Positions 35,357 to 47,200 of a stretch of 64,000 nt of DNA are shown here, piece by piece. The position numbers were made by a program, and so were the translations under genes. The notes beneath the pieces are model-generated. The model did not search any database. It was not told the origin of the DNA and worked only from the letters and a program-made list of their open reading frames with translations. The stretch's first letter is position 1. Each line of letters begins with the position of its first letter. Location of the stretch: positions 759-64,758 of the forward strand of contig SVBE01000007.1 of assembly GCA_015059065.1 (NCBI GenBank). The letters run 5' to 3'. This DNA comes from Erysipelotrichaceae bacterium (GTDB lineage: Bacteria > Bacillota_I > Bacilli_A > RFN20 > CAG-826).

Positions 35357-38026
35357 ATATTCACGTCTAGAGAATAATAATTTATCGACAAGTTTAGAAA
35401 CGAATTTCATCGTTAATAGATATAAAGGATAAGCGAGCAAGATGAAGCCGACAAAGAATAATAATTGTTCTAATCTCATCGTGCGGTAGAAGGCTAAAGT
35501 GATATTAGGCCATAAGTGGTTGATGACATAACTTGGAATCTTTAAGAAACCACCTGTCATTTTTAACATATCTGTACCAGAGACGATGAAATATTCAGGG
35601 GCAAGATATAACACTAATAAGACAAGAGCAAGAGTTCCACCAAAGAGAATCTTTCTAAACTTGGTAAACGGCTTACAGTTCATAAAGAAGATGATGAAGC
35701 CTGCGACAGTGACACATAATGCCATCACCGGAATCCAACCGAATTCCACAATCTCTCCACCACTAAAGACTGTTAACAGTTTGCTAGCATCAAATGATTG
35801 AGTGGTAGCAAGTTGAGAGATGATGCTATAAATCATGATGAGAAGAACAGGGATAAACATGTAGAAACCTGATAATAAAGCCTTCTCCACAACGTTGCGA
35901 TAGAAGTTACCTTTAACCCTGGTCTTATCTGGTTCAAGAGAGATGAACAAAGAGGCGAGACCGGTGATGAAGACGTTGACGATAGTCATCACTGTTGGTT
36001 GAATCATATGTGGTAAACCAAATAAGATTGGCATGATAGTAATGAATAACCATAAGAAGTCTTTCATCACAAACAAAGTGGAAGAACGTTGAATATTATT
36101 AACCACTCTTCGACCTTGGAAAACCGCTTCTTTCATATTCGCAAAATTGGAATCTAATAAGATTAAATTAGCCACGTTTTTCGTCGCCGCGGCACCATTA
36201 GCCAAAGCGATAGAACAATCCGCTTGTTTAAAGGCTAATAAGTCATTTAAACCATCACCAGTCACACCGGTAACACGACCATTTTTCTTGAGAATTGCAA
36301 TGATTTCTGCTTTTTGATCAGGAGAAACACGAGCAAATATCCAGTTATTCATCACGATTTCTTCTAAATCATCTTCTGGGGTTAATTTGCTCATATCAAA
36401 GCCTTTATCCCAGTTAGCGATACCTGATTCTTTCGCGATATAACTAACTGTTCCTAAATTATCACCAGAGATGACTTTGATATCGACATCATTTTCTCTA
36501 AACCAAAGCATTGTGTCTTTGACTTCTGGTCTAATCGTATCTCTAATCACAAACATCGCGACGTTATGACGTTTAGCAGGTAATTTTTCTTTATCGGTCA
36601 CTAGCCCATCAATCTTCACGAGTAAGACGACGCGGAGACCGTGTTTCGCGTATTCATCAACTTTGCTAAGGATAGCTTGATCAGTAGTTAAATAATCAGG
36701 AGCTCCTAAGATGTACCAACCACTATTAAAGAATTCGACACCGGAATATTTTCTCGCAGAGGAGAATTGAATAGTGTCTGCAACTTTGAGTTCGCTCTTC
36801 ACAGTAAAAGCGTTAGATAAAGCTGATGAAGTATCTTGATGTTGGCCTGGGTTAGTTACTTTATTCTCCAACTTTCCAAAGCGTTGAATTAAGGCTGTAG
36901 AAGTTTGGTTCGTGCTCTTAAAGGCAGAGAGATAACTCGCCATTAAGACTTGAAGTTGTTCATCGTTAATAGATTTGTCTAATATCTCATATTGGTCTAA
37001 AGACATCGTCCCATCAGTTAATGTACCAGTCTTATCTAAACATAAAGTATTAACTCTACTTAATGATTCAACAGAATATAAGTTCTGGGCTAATGTTTTT
37101 GATTGTCCTAATTTCACTACACCAGTAGCCATCGCAATAGAAGCTAATAAAGCCATACCGCACGGAATCATATAGGCAATGGTTGTCCCTGAATAAAACA
37201 CTGCATCTGAGATAACGTTTTCTTCACCCCAATGATGTGGGAATAAAGGTAAGCCGCTGACATTATTAGTAACCCCATGGATATATTCATTAATAAAGAC
37301 GATAACCGCGAGAGGAATCGCGATAAATGTCATGACATGGATCACTTTATAAATGGCAAGCATCAAATGGGATTTTGGTTGCTTGGCTAATTTAGCTTTA
37401 TTTTCAATAGATGAAATATAGGTATCATTCGCGATCTTATCCGCGCGTGCCACTGCGACACCACTGACGATAAATGAACCAGCGAATAATTGGTCACCTT
37501 TGTTCTTCTTCACTGGAACTGATTCACCAGTTAATAAGGATTCATTGACCTCAATCACACCTTCTTCAAGGATGATACAGTCCGCGGGAATTTGATCCCC
37601 TGGAGAGAGCACTAAGACATCATCGAGGACAATCTCTGTAGAAGCGACGCCTAATTCCTGTCCACTTCTTCTCACCTTAATCTTGTTATCGGATAATAAT
37701 TTGAGCTTCTCAATCGTATGTTTACTCTTACATTCTTGAATCGTGCCGATAAGGATGTTGAAAACGATGATGAGAAGGAACATCAAGTTGGTGATGACCT
37801 TTGGTCCAACAATTAAAAGAAGAACAATCGCCACCACGAACATCAAAATGTTAAATCCGGTGAAGATATTACCTAAGATAATCTTCGTATAAGATTTATT
37901 TGTCGGATTGTTATTGATATTGAATAATCCATCAGCTTGTCTAGAAGCTACTTCTTGAATAGAAAGACCCGTCTCAGAAGAAGGGGAGAACCTAACGATT
38001 TCTTTGTTGATAACTTTTTTCTTCAT
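35345..38026 (-). CDS. Cation-translocating P-type ATPase (type II-like)
   Basis: 893 aa. It has LTGESVPV (TGES), CLDKTGTLT (the phosphorylated Asp) and TGDGLND. The ion specificity cannot be determined from the sequence alone. Confidence 0.9.
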   Translation of the reverse strand: MKKKVINKEIVRFSPSSETGLSIQEVASRQADGLFNINNNPTNKSYTKIILGNIFTGFNILMFVVAIVLLLIVGPKVITNLMFLLIIVFNILIGTIQECKSKHTIEKLKLLSDNKIKVRRSGQELGVASTEIVLDDVLVLSPGDQIPADCIILEEGVIEVNESLLTGESVPVKKNKGDQLFAGSFIVSGVAVARADKIANDTYISSIENKAKLAKQPKSHLMLAIYKVIHVMTFIAIPLAVIVFINEYIHGVTNNVSGLPLFPHHWGEENVISDAVFYSGTTIAYMIPCGMALLASIAMATGVVKLGQSKTLAQNLYSVESLSRVNTLCLDKTGTLTDGTMSLDQYEILDKSINDEQLQVLMASYLSAFKSTNQTSTALIQRFGKLENKVTNPGQHQDTSSALSNAFTVKSELKVADTIQFSSARKYSGVEFFNSGWYILGAPDYLTTDQAILSKVDEYAKHGLRVVLLVKIDGLVTDKEKLPAKRHNVAMFVIRDTIRPEVKDTMLWFRENDVDIKVISGDNLGTVSYIAKESGIANWDKGFDMSKLTPEDDLEEIVMNNWIFARVSPDQKAEIIAILKKNGRVTGVTGDGLNDLLAFKQADCSIALANGAAATKNVANLILLDSNFANMKEAVFQGRRVVNNIQRSSTLFVMKDFLWLFITIMPILFGLPHMIQPTVMTIVNVFITGLASLFISLEPDKTRVKGNFYRNVVEKALLSGFYMFIPVLLIMIYSIISQLATTQSFDASKLLTVFSGGEIVEFGWIPVMALCVTVAGFIIFFMNCKPFTKFRKILFGGTLALVLLVLYLAPEYFIVSGTDMLKMTGGFLKIPSYVINHLWPNITLAFYRTMRLEQLLFFVGFILLAYPLYLLTMKFVSKLVDKLLFSRREYLDE

Positions 38027-38223
38027 AATATTTTTTAATTATAACACAATCAGAATATATAATATCTGATTATTATTCATAGCAAAACAAAAACTATTTA
38101 ATAAATAAAGTTCGTTCTCATATAGATAGCAGTTATTGTTTGTTGTTCATTTCATCAAGTTTTTTAACGATATCTTTTACCATTTTCCCTAAGGTAACAT
38201 TTATGGTAGTAGTTTTTCACATG

Positions 38224-38244
38224 AAAAAGGACCCAAAGGTCCTC
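38224..38244 (-). terminator. Rho-independent terminator of the giant gene
   Basis: In minus-strand sense the sequence is AGGACC-tttg-GGTCCT followed by TTTTT. It lies ~25 nt after the stop at 38269. Confidence 0.55.
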
Positions 38245-38268
38245 TTTCAATTATTTTTATAAAAACTC

Positions 38269-41200
38269 TTAGCGCGCCTTCTTTTCTTTTGCAAGGCCTT
38301 GTTTGACGAGCTCTTCATTTGATTCAAATGGCATTCTGTAATCAACATCAGGTAGTTCGCCTTTGCTAACGCCTTGGCTTTTAGCGGAACGAGCAATTAG
38401 CCTTTTAGCTTTTGCCACATCACCTTTATTTTTGATGCGAAGCATGCATGGCGCGTTTTTATATTTAGCTGCCTGAGCCTTTTCCACATTGATCTTGTTT
38501 GAATCAAAACCATCGGGATTAAGGGCGAAATAAGCGCATAAAGTTGTTCCACGTAACGAGAATTTCACAACCTGTTTTCTACCGACTACAATCGAATCAT
38601 TACTCCAGCTAAGACGGCTTTTTGCACCGTTATATGCCATGCCCTCGTTTTTAAGGATGGAATAATATTCTTTGTTCTTTTCATTAGATTGGCTCATCCT
38701 TGCTAAGAAAGATTTCTTATAGCCATGTTTCGAGTCATCAATATCGGTAGATGAAATTACTTCTTCAATAGCTTTTTCTTCCACTACTGGATTATTATCT
38801 AAGGATTCAGTTGGCTTATCATCCTCTAAAGCTTCAACTTGATTATTTTCCATAGAAGTAGCATTAGAATCTTTTTCCTTAGGAGTTTCTTCCGCTTTTA
38901 AGCTATTTTCTTGGATAGGCTCATCTAATTCGTTTTCACTTTCTTTTTTAGCTATTGAACCATTATCTTCTAATGATGCGGCTATTTTGTTTTCTTCTGA
39001 TTTATTGTCTTTTTTGGATAAAAGGAAGAAAACGAGGAAGAGAATAAGTAAGAGAACAGATAAGACTAAACCAATAATCGATTCATAACAAATATGGAAG
39101 ATTAATACTATAACAGCGAAGATTGTTACCGCTCCAGAAGTTCCAAGACCAATAGTACCAAGGAGTTTCTTTCTCTTCAAAATCATGTAAACCACGAAAT
39201 ATGCGGCTAAAAGGATATCGAAGATTAGAGTGAGCCAGCCAAGGCAGAAACCACCATGATTCATCTCTTCGCTTGCTTTGAGATTAACGAATGCAAAATC
39301 GGATAGACGATTAACCTTGACATATACATAACCATCCTTGATTTGGAGGTTAGAGGCATCAACGTATTCAATATCGCTTTGTGAATGAATATGGAGAATT
39401 CGGAAATTACGACCCACGAGATATTCAGGAATCTCAATCTTGATGATGAGGTTAAGGCCTTCTTTGAGATCAGAAGGTTGAATCTCAACCATCTTTTCCA
39501 CGCCATCGACGATTTCTGTACGATAAAGAGTAATGCTATAAACTTCACTGATTTCACTTCGACGATCGACATATTGACTAGAGATTTGACTGTAATCTAA
39601 TGATGAACCTGTTGCTTCAGCAGGTGTCGTAACATCAATGGAGACAGATACATTATAATCAAAGGCTTCATTTTCGTTTTCAAGAAGGATTTCTACACCA
39701 GTCGCAGTATCATTGCTATTATCAGTTAAGACACTAGTAAGGACATAGAGATTTCCTTCTTCTAAAGTGACTACATAATTATCAAGGATGCTTTCACTAG
39801 TAACACCTTCTTTAAAGGATAAGGTAATCGGATATTTACCGGTAGCTGAAACATTTCCGTTACAAGCAAGGTTGATATTTTCTTTGATAAGCGCAAGTGC
39901 TTCCGCGGATAATTCCTCATTTACCGTAAGCGTTAAAGCAGGTATTTGTTCACCTGATTTAATCGTCTTATCTTCCGCTTTAGCGGTAATTGGACGTCTA
40001 GTAACTATATAAGCATCTTCACCACCAACGAAGGTCACGACATAATTATCACTTATATCAGTACCAACGATATCGTAGCTACCAATATTACTAGTCTTAG
40101 AAACTTCAGAAGTGAGACTATAGACGTTTTCATCGCTCGCAAATATGTCTTCAGAAGATCCAGTTAAAGCGACTGGTTCATCACCGTAATGTGAAGTCTT
40201 CTTATCGATAGTGACAGTAACTTCCTTAGGAGAAACTGTTAAGACACCACTAACATAATTAAAGGAATAATTATCGCTTTCTAAATTCTTTGGTGTGATG
40301 GTATAAGTTCCAACATCATCGTATTGGGCATAAGAGAAAGTATAATCAAGAGTACCACCAAGCACACTTTCGTCTTCTCCTGGAAGGAAGCCTTCGTAAA
40401 TAACACCAGCGCCTGTTGGAACATCTCCATAAACGATGTTATTTGGGTTAGCGCTAACCGTCAAAACCTTTTTAGCGATGGTATAAGTTACACTGGCAGT
40501 GACATCAGCATCTTGACCGATATCTTCACCCTTTAAGGTAATAAAGGCTGTATAAGTGCCAGCGCCTGTTGGAGCAGATGATAAAACTGTATCGCCTTGT
40601 TTATAAACAATAGTTGGAATGACAATGTCATCGATATCGTTATTAACTGTAGCGTTAGCATTACCAGTACCACCATAAACATTTAGAGTTGGAGCAACGA
40701 TAGTCATTGTTGCATCTTTTTCATCTCCATGTCCCTCGTCACTGTCGGCGCAGGTCGCGGTAATAGTATTTCCAGTAACCACGAAATTAACCCATTCGTG
40801 ACTATGGTTTGTGGTAAAGAAATTAATAGATGCACTAGAAGGAGAAGCATACTGATTGTCTGTTTCCTTAAGGCGTTGATAGAAAGTGTATTCACTATTT
40901 TTGCTAAGTCCAGTGAATGTCGCACTATCTTGCCAATTAGTACCATCTCTGCTGTATTCATAGCCTTCTTTTGCCACTAAAGTAATCGTGTTACCTGAAG
41001 CACGGCTTAGTGTTGGCGCGGATGGTGCATCTTGAGTGCTCTTATGCATGACAATCTCGAAGCTACCATAAGCATCTTCATGGTTTGGTGCACTGGCTTT
41101 GAAATAAATAGTTCCGGCTTCGGAAACATTGGTGAAACTTGGCATCGACCCGTAGGTGCCGTTTTCGCTTAGGCTATAAGTGAATGTGATTGGCTGACCG

Positions 41201-44200
41201 TTCACGGTTTCAGCGTTACCGTTAACTATTGGAGTTTGAGCAGCACCATTATATACAAGGATTCCGACTGGCTCGACACTGGCATTAGTAATCTTGGCAG
41301 GTTTGATTTCGTAATCAACATAAGCAGTAACAGCGTTTTCACCTTCTCCAATGGTAATACTTGCGCGGTAAACACCAGCGTTTACTGGGGAAGATTCAGA
41401 AAGTGGAGCAAAGCTTCCATCTGTTCCTTTAACGGCATAGACAATCTTGGCTTCGCCAGCAATGCCGTATTCATCGGTGATAGTTGCTAAATGAGCAGCA
41501 CCATTATATACAAGGTTGCCACTAGGAGCGTTGATGACTAAGACTGCTTGACGACCAGGTAATGGACAATCATTTCCAGCACAAGTCGCAGTGATTGTAT
41601 TGGCTTTTTCACCGCTTCCTACAGTGTAAGTAAAGTTATGGGAATGGCTTAATAGAGTTAAAGTAACACTACCAGTAACCGTTTCATAATTATCAGCAGT
41701 AACACGATAATAAACTGTTAATGTACCAGGTTCTTCTAATGTTGGGCTAGTGAAGAAAGCATATTTTCCTTCGGTAAAGCCATATTTAATGGTATATCCT
41801 TCTGTAGGTTCATTTACGCTCACACTAACGCCGTGTGGCTTACCATCTTCGGTAGCTTGAATATCATTAGCGGTGACGCTCATGGCTTTGCCTTTGACTG
41901 TCACATTGATAGTTTTAGTTGTTTCGGCATAAGTATCAGTTTTAGAAGCTGTTATTTCAACGACAGCATCACCAATCTTCATAAATGTAAGATTACCTTG
42001 TTCATCAACAGTTACAGCATCGCCACTAATAACTTTATAACTAAGCGTTCCATCACCAGTAATAACCTTTGCACCGATATTAACGCTTTCGCCATAAACA
42101 CCGGTAATATCGTTAGCCTCAATAACTTGAGATTTACCAAGAATGGTGAATGTGCCATTTTTCACAACCTGTACATCATAATTAGGATTATTGCCTGCGT
42201 TAACAGTGATGGCATATGTACCTTTATTCTCACCAGCTTCGCGTGCAATAGAATAATCGAGCTTATCGTTAGAAGCGATACCACCAATCGAATTAATCGC
42301 GTGAGCAAATGTAACATCTCCGTCATTAGCGTCTTCTTCTTGAGTGACACTACCTTCAGTTTCAATCAATATGTTATCTAAACTAAGGTAGTCTCTATCA
42401 ATTGGCCAGTCAGAAGTAACTTCATATGACCATTTAATAACATGGCTGCCCGCTGCAAGTTGATAAGAGTAGGATTTCCAATCGGTATTGGAATATTCTT
42501 TAAAGATTTCGTTTCCATCCACGATGAAGCGGCTTGGGCAAGTCTGATACCAAGAATTTTGTCCTGTACGATAATCAAATTTCAAAGTACCGTCTTTAGA
42601 TAAATTAACATTTAAAGTTAATGTAGAAGTAGTGTTGTTCCTTCTAGCATTTCCAGATATAGCGTAATCACGTCCACCTTCATTAACAATTTTCCAAGGA
42701 TAAGTGCTATCGTTAACGAAACAGACATCATTACTAACACCGTCATAATGGACAGTGAGTTCAGGATCTTCTTGACCTTCATATTTCTTAATATCATCAG
42801 CAATGATAGAAACAACACGTTTAGTGATTTGGAATTCACCAACATTAATTTCATGATCATTAAGCGATACTTTCGCTGTATAAGTACCAACATCTTTTGC
42901 TTCGCTTACTTTTTCGCCGTTAACGTAATAAGTAATGGTTGGCATTGGAAGACCATTTTCTTCGCTCCAATCTCCATCAACAGTGTAAGGTAAAGCATTT
43001 TCACCATCGTAAATCTTGCTAACTGCTTGTGGTCGGAGAACGACTGTGGCGTAATGACCTTCAACTTCACATCTTGCCTCAAATCCCCAGGAGTAGTAAT
43101 TAATATTCCATTGATGGATATATTTCCAAACTGGATATAATTCGAGACTGCTAGTGATTTCAATCTCTTGACCAGGCAAATAAGCAATAGAAGTATCATT
43201 AGGACTACGCTTCCATCCCACTAAAACCTTATCTGATGATGCGAATTCGGCACCATCGTAAAGTTTGATGATTGATTTAGTGTAGTAACTCATACTAACA
43301 GCCACGTGTTCCGCCTCGTTCATAACATAAGTAACGGTGTGTTTTGAATAAGGGTTGACCTTATCAGTATGTTCAGGAAGGAAGACAGGCCCAGAAGCGT
43401 TAGCAAAAGGATCGCCGAACCGTATTTCAGCGCGAAGAGGGCTATATTCGAAATAAACATATGAGTTATCCAATGAATCAAGTAGTACTCTTCCTCGTGG
43501 GAATTCTTTTTCGTGGACAGCAATCCAAGCAAGAACATCGTTTAAATTGCCTCTATTCAAAGAAGTAATTTCTTCAGGACTATTAATTTGATGGAACTCA
43601 GCAAAGGAAGGCGTCTTTTCAAAAGTGCCATCCATAATGTAAACTTCAATTTCACCTTCGTTCATTTGTTCAGCAAATTCATCTAAAGGCAAGCTGTCAC
43701 CATAAATTTCACCCCAAGGTAGATTGAGCCTTAGATAATAGTAATAATTCATCCTTTGGTCATATGAATAGATGACAACAGGGGCGACATCTGAACCAGA
43801 CCTCATGAAAGATTCTTGGTTTTTGCTCATCCATGCATATGCAAGGCTGGCACTGCAGCTTTGACTATTAATGATTAAAGATGGATTATCAATCTTTGCA
43901 AAATTTGGTAAATCAGCGATCGGAGCGCCAGCAGTAAGATCAGGAATTTCATATACTGTAGAGGCAGTAACAGAACCATTTTCTCCTTCGAACGTGAATT
44001 CAGCCCAATATTTACCAGGAGCACCAGGGGCTTGGCTAAGTGCTTTGCCGCGTTGACCATTTCCTGTTGCTTCATAATAAGAGATGCGGAGATTATCGGT
44101 TAATTCTTCAGGGCCTATGATTTTAGCGTCAGGCGTACCATATCCACTTTCAGCGCGTTGCGGTGCTTCAATGGTTAAAGTTATAACACGATCATGGTCT

Positions 44201-47200
44201 TCAAAAGTGCATTTATCATTGACAGTGCTCACACACTTAACGAGGATAGTATCATCGTCGCCTTTACTTAATTCAAGGACGTGTTCATGTTTAGTGTAAC
44301 GTGCATAAACAGTCAAATTACTTTCAAAGACAGTTTCTCCATTAACTTCTTTACCGCCTTCTTGGCTAGTATACCAACCACGGAAGAATACTTCTGGGGT
44401 AGCTTTTGGAGGGACTGGACTATTTTCTGGCATTACAATATGACCGTCTAAATCAGTAGTGAGAACGCCATATTCACCCTCTCCACCATTGACATTGAAA
44501 GATATATTATAAATGAATTTGATATCAGCATAAGCTGGAGTGTGTCCCTCTTCAATATCAGAACTCAAGAATGCAGCATCAACTGTCATTTGTGATTCGC
44601 CTTTTATGAGACTAGAAGAAGACATTTCCTTTTTGGCAATGAGATTTCCATCAGCGTCATAAAGCACGGCAACAGGGGTACCAGTGGTCACATCACTGAT
44701 AGAGTTATTTGTGATTAATCCATGGACGACATATCCATCATTATTTTGTTCTAAAGTGCTATCGATAGTATAACGAGCACCATTGTTGCGGCTAAGCAAA
44801 CCATCAACAGTAACACTTGCTTCGTTATTACGGGTGTTTGGTTCATCAACATCAACGACATATGCGCGAGCATATAAAGTCACACCACCATCGGGTAGTT
44901 CTTCCCCTTTGCCAATTTTGGCAATATCTGCAGCCTTAAGTGTCGCGACATAATTATATGTACCATTATCGATTTCTGCATATGCAGATTCAGGAATTGT
45001 AATAGTCTCCCCAACTTGTGTTTTTTGAATTGGATCAGTCATGAAGACTAATTCGACTTTTTTACCACTACCCGCTAGTGGGATGTTAGATGAATTATTT
45101 AATGTTACGCGCACATCACGCATACCTTCGTATTCTTTAACAATCTTAATAGTGGAAATACCAACATCAGGACGATTGAATGCTAAAGTGCCAGATGCAA
45201 GTTCGGCACTATCAAAAATAAGCGAATACTTCACATCTTTAACTTCTTCAGGAACATCATATGAAGCAAGTAATGTTGTGGATTGGTTAGGAAGGAGATT
45301 TAAAGCATATTCTTTACTTTGTTCTCCAATCTTCACACTGACTGTGCCAAGAGTGTCACTACCAGTATTAGTGATAGTGAATTTTACTGGAGTAGAGAAG
45401 CCAGGCATTACATCTTTGATAAAGATTTCAGCATTCACATCAGCGGAATATGTTGGGAATGTACCAGTTGCTAATTTAAGTGAAGAAATCGCTTCACCAT
45501 CAAGAATATCGAGATTATCTGGCTCACTGGAATTTTCTTCTGTAATAACTTTATTTCCAGCGGCATTTAAGTCGATAGAGTCATAAACGTGGATACCTTT
45601 AATAGCGTTATAGTCACTGCCAAGGATGATAGCGTGAACAGCGCCTTCACTATCGGTAAAGACATCATAATTATCAATTGTATAATTTTGATCTGTTTCA
45701 CCAAGAGTAGTCACTGAAGTAACACCGATGTTTCCATCATTGCGGAAGAAACGAACACCGTTTAATTGATATTTGCCAGCATCTTGAGCTTCTTCACTGT
45801 TTTTACGCTGTGACCAGACAATAGAAACCTTAGTTAGGTCAGTATTATTAATTGGAGAAGAGAAACGGAAATCAGAAGTAATGGAGGAACTAGAATTACC
45901 GCCAATACTTTCAAGGAAGTTGACATCATAGCTACCATTAGCGTTGATACGAGCAAGGCGGATATCATGAGCAACTACTTCTTTAGTGCTAGAACTTCCG
46001 TCTTCATCATAATCAGTAGATGCACCGCTTCCATCACTATGTTCGGAATACCAGCCAATGACGAAATATCCATCGCCTTCATTCACTGCTGTTGCCTTAG
46101 CATTAGTGTCTGTAAATGAATCATTAGTCAAACGGCCAGTAGTTAAGATGGTACCATCCGCTTTAATCACAGTATAGAAAGTTTCAGTACTAGTGACTTC
46201 ATTACCAGTACGAACTGTATATGTAATTATGGCTGTGCCGTCACTAAGCATCGCAGAATCAATAGCATTGACTGTTCCGGCGCTACCATTATAAGCCACT
46301 TTGGCATCAGTCCATATGGAGCCGTTATAGATGCGATAATTGATGTTATTTTCTTCGTTAAAAACAGAAGTGATATCGCTTGAATCACTTGCATCCATAG
46401 ATGTAGCGTTCATGCTACGCCATGCGACAATAGCTTTGTTTCCATAGCTCGCGATAGTTGGTGACATATCGGCGACAGTGTTATCAGTCAAACGAGTTGT
46501 CGTCCATTCTGTACCGTTATAGTAAGAGCCATAGATTTCAGTAGCGTTGAACATCATGCCAAGATCATCGTTAGATGTTGGGGTATTCCAAATTGGATCA
46601 ACTGTTTCAACTTGTTTCACCCACGCGGCAAAGGCATTATCCTTGCTACCACTAGCAACAACATCAAGGTCGGAAAGAACATTATCCTTAGACGTATCGA
46701 TGCGTCCTTTGTCATCATAGCCTGTGCCATTACTTAAAGCATAAGAGGCGACACTTTCGACATTTTTAGCGTTATCGTTATCAGAAATATATAAGAACAT
46801 TTCACCATCATCGGTAAAGACTGGGTGGGAATATGGGTAAGCATTATTTTGAACAGAACTTATTGGGGAAGAAGCTCTTAATAAACGTGTATTATTATTT
46901 ACTCCGTTATTCCAAGCTCTTTCTTCTAATTCTAAATAATCACGGGTTTCGAGTTCAGCCTCGCCATCAATAGCAACTACTGCATTACCATCAGGCATTA
47001 GTAGCATCGTATATGCTCTACCACTACGAGTTAGCCCAAATAGTTGACCATAGCCTTGATCACTCCAGTTATTGAGGATTTGATCGTATTTATTCCATTT
47101 TTTGGTCCAGTTGAACCCAGTGGAAGCGAATTTCTTACTATAAGAGATGAAGAGAACTTTAATCTTCACTTTGATGCCAATTTCACCGGCAATGGTAAGT

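Noticed and set aside
38133-38183. A 16-codon minus-strand mini-ORF (MVKDIVKKLDEMNNKQ*) lies in the 240-bp leader region of the P-type ATPase gene. I considered it as an mgtL-like leader peptide.
   Set aside because: The only SD-like sequence (AGGGA) is ~3 nt from the ATG. There is no evident alternative terminator/antiterminator structure. Such short ORFs are expected by chance in AT-rich DNA.
41833-42381. Long ORFs antisense to the giant gene, for example 41833-42381 (182 aa), 45041-45586 (181 aa), 47276-47578 and 50078-50389.
   Set aside because: These are shadow ORFs inside a 14.2-kb coding frame. They have low-complexity, Ser/Ile/Phe-rich translations, no SD and no recognisable motifs.
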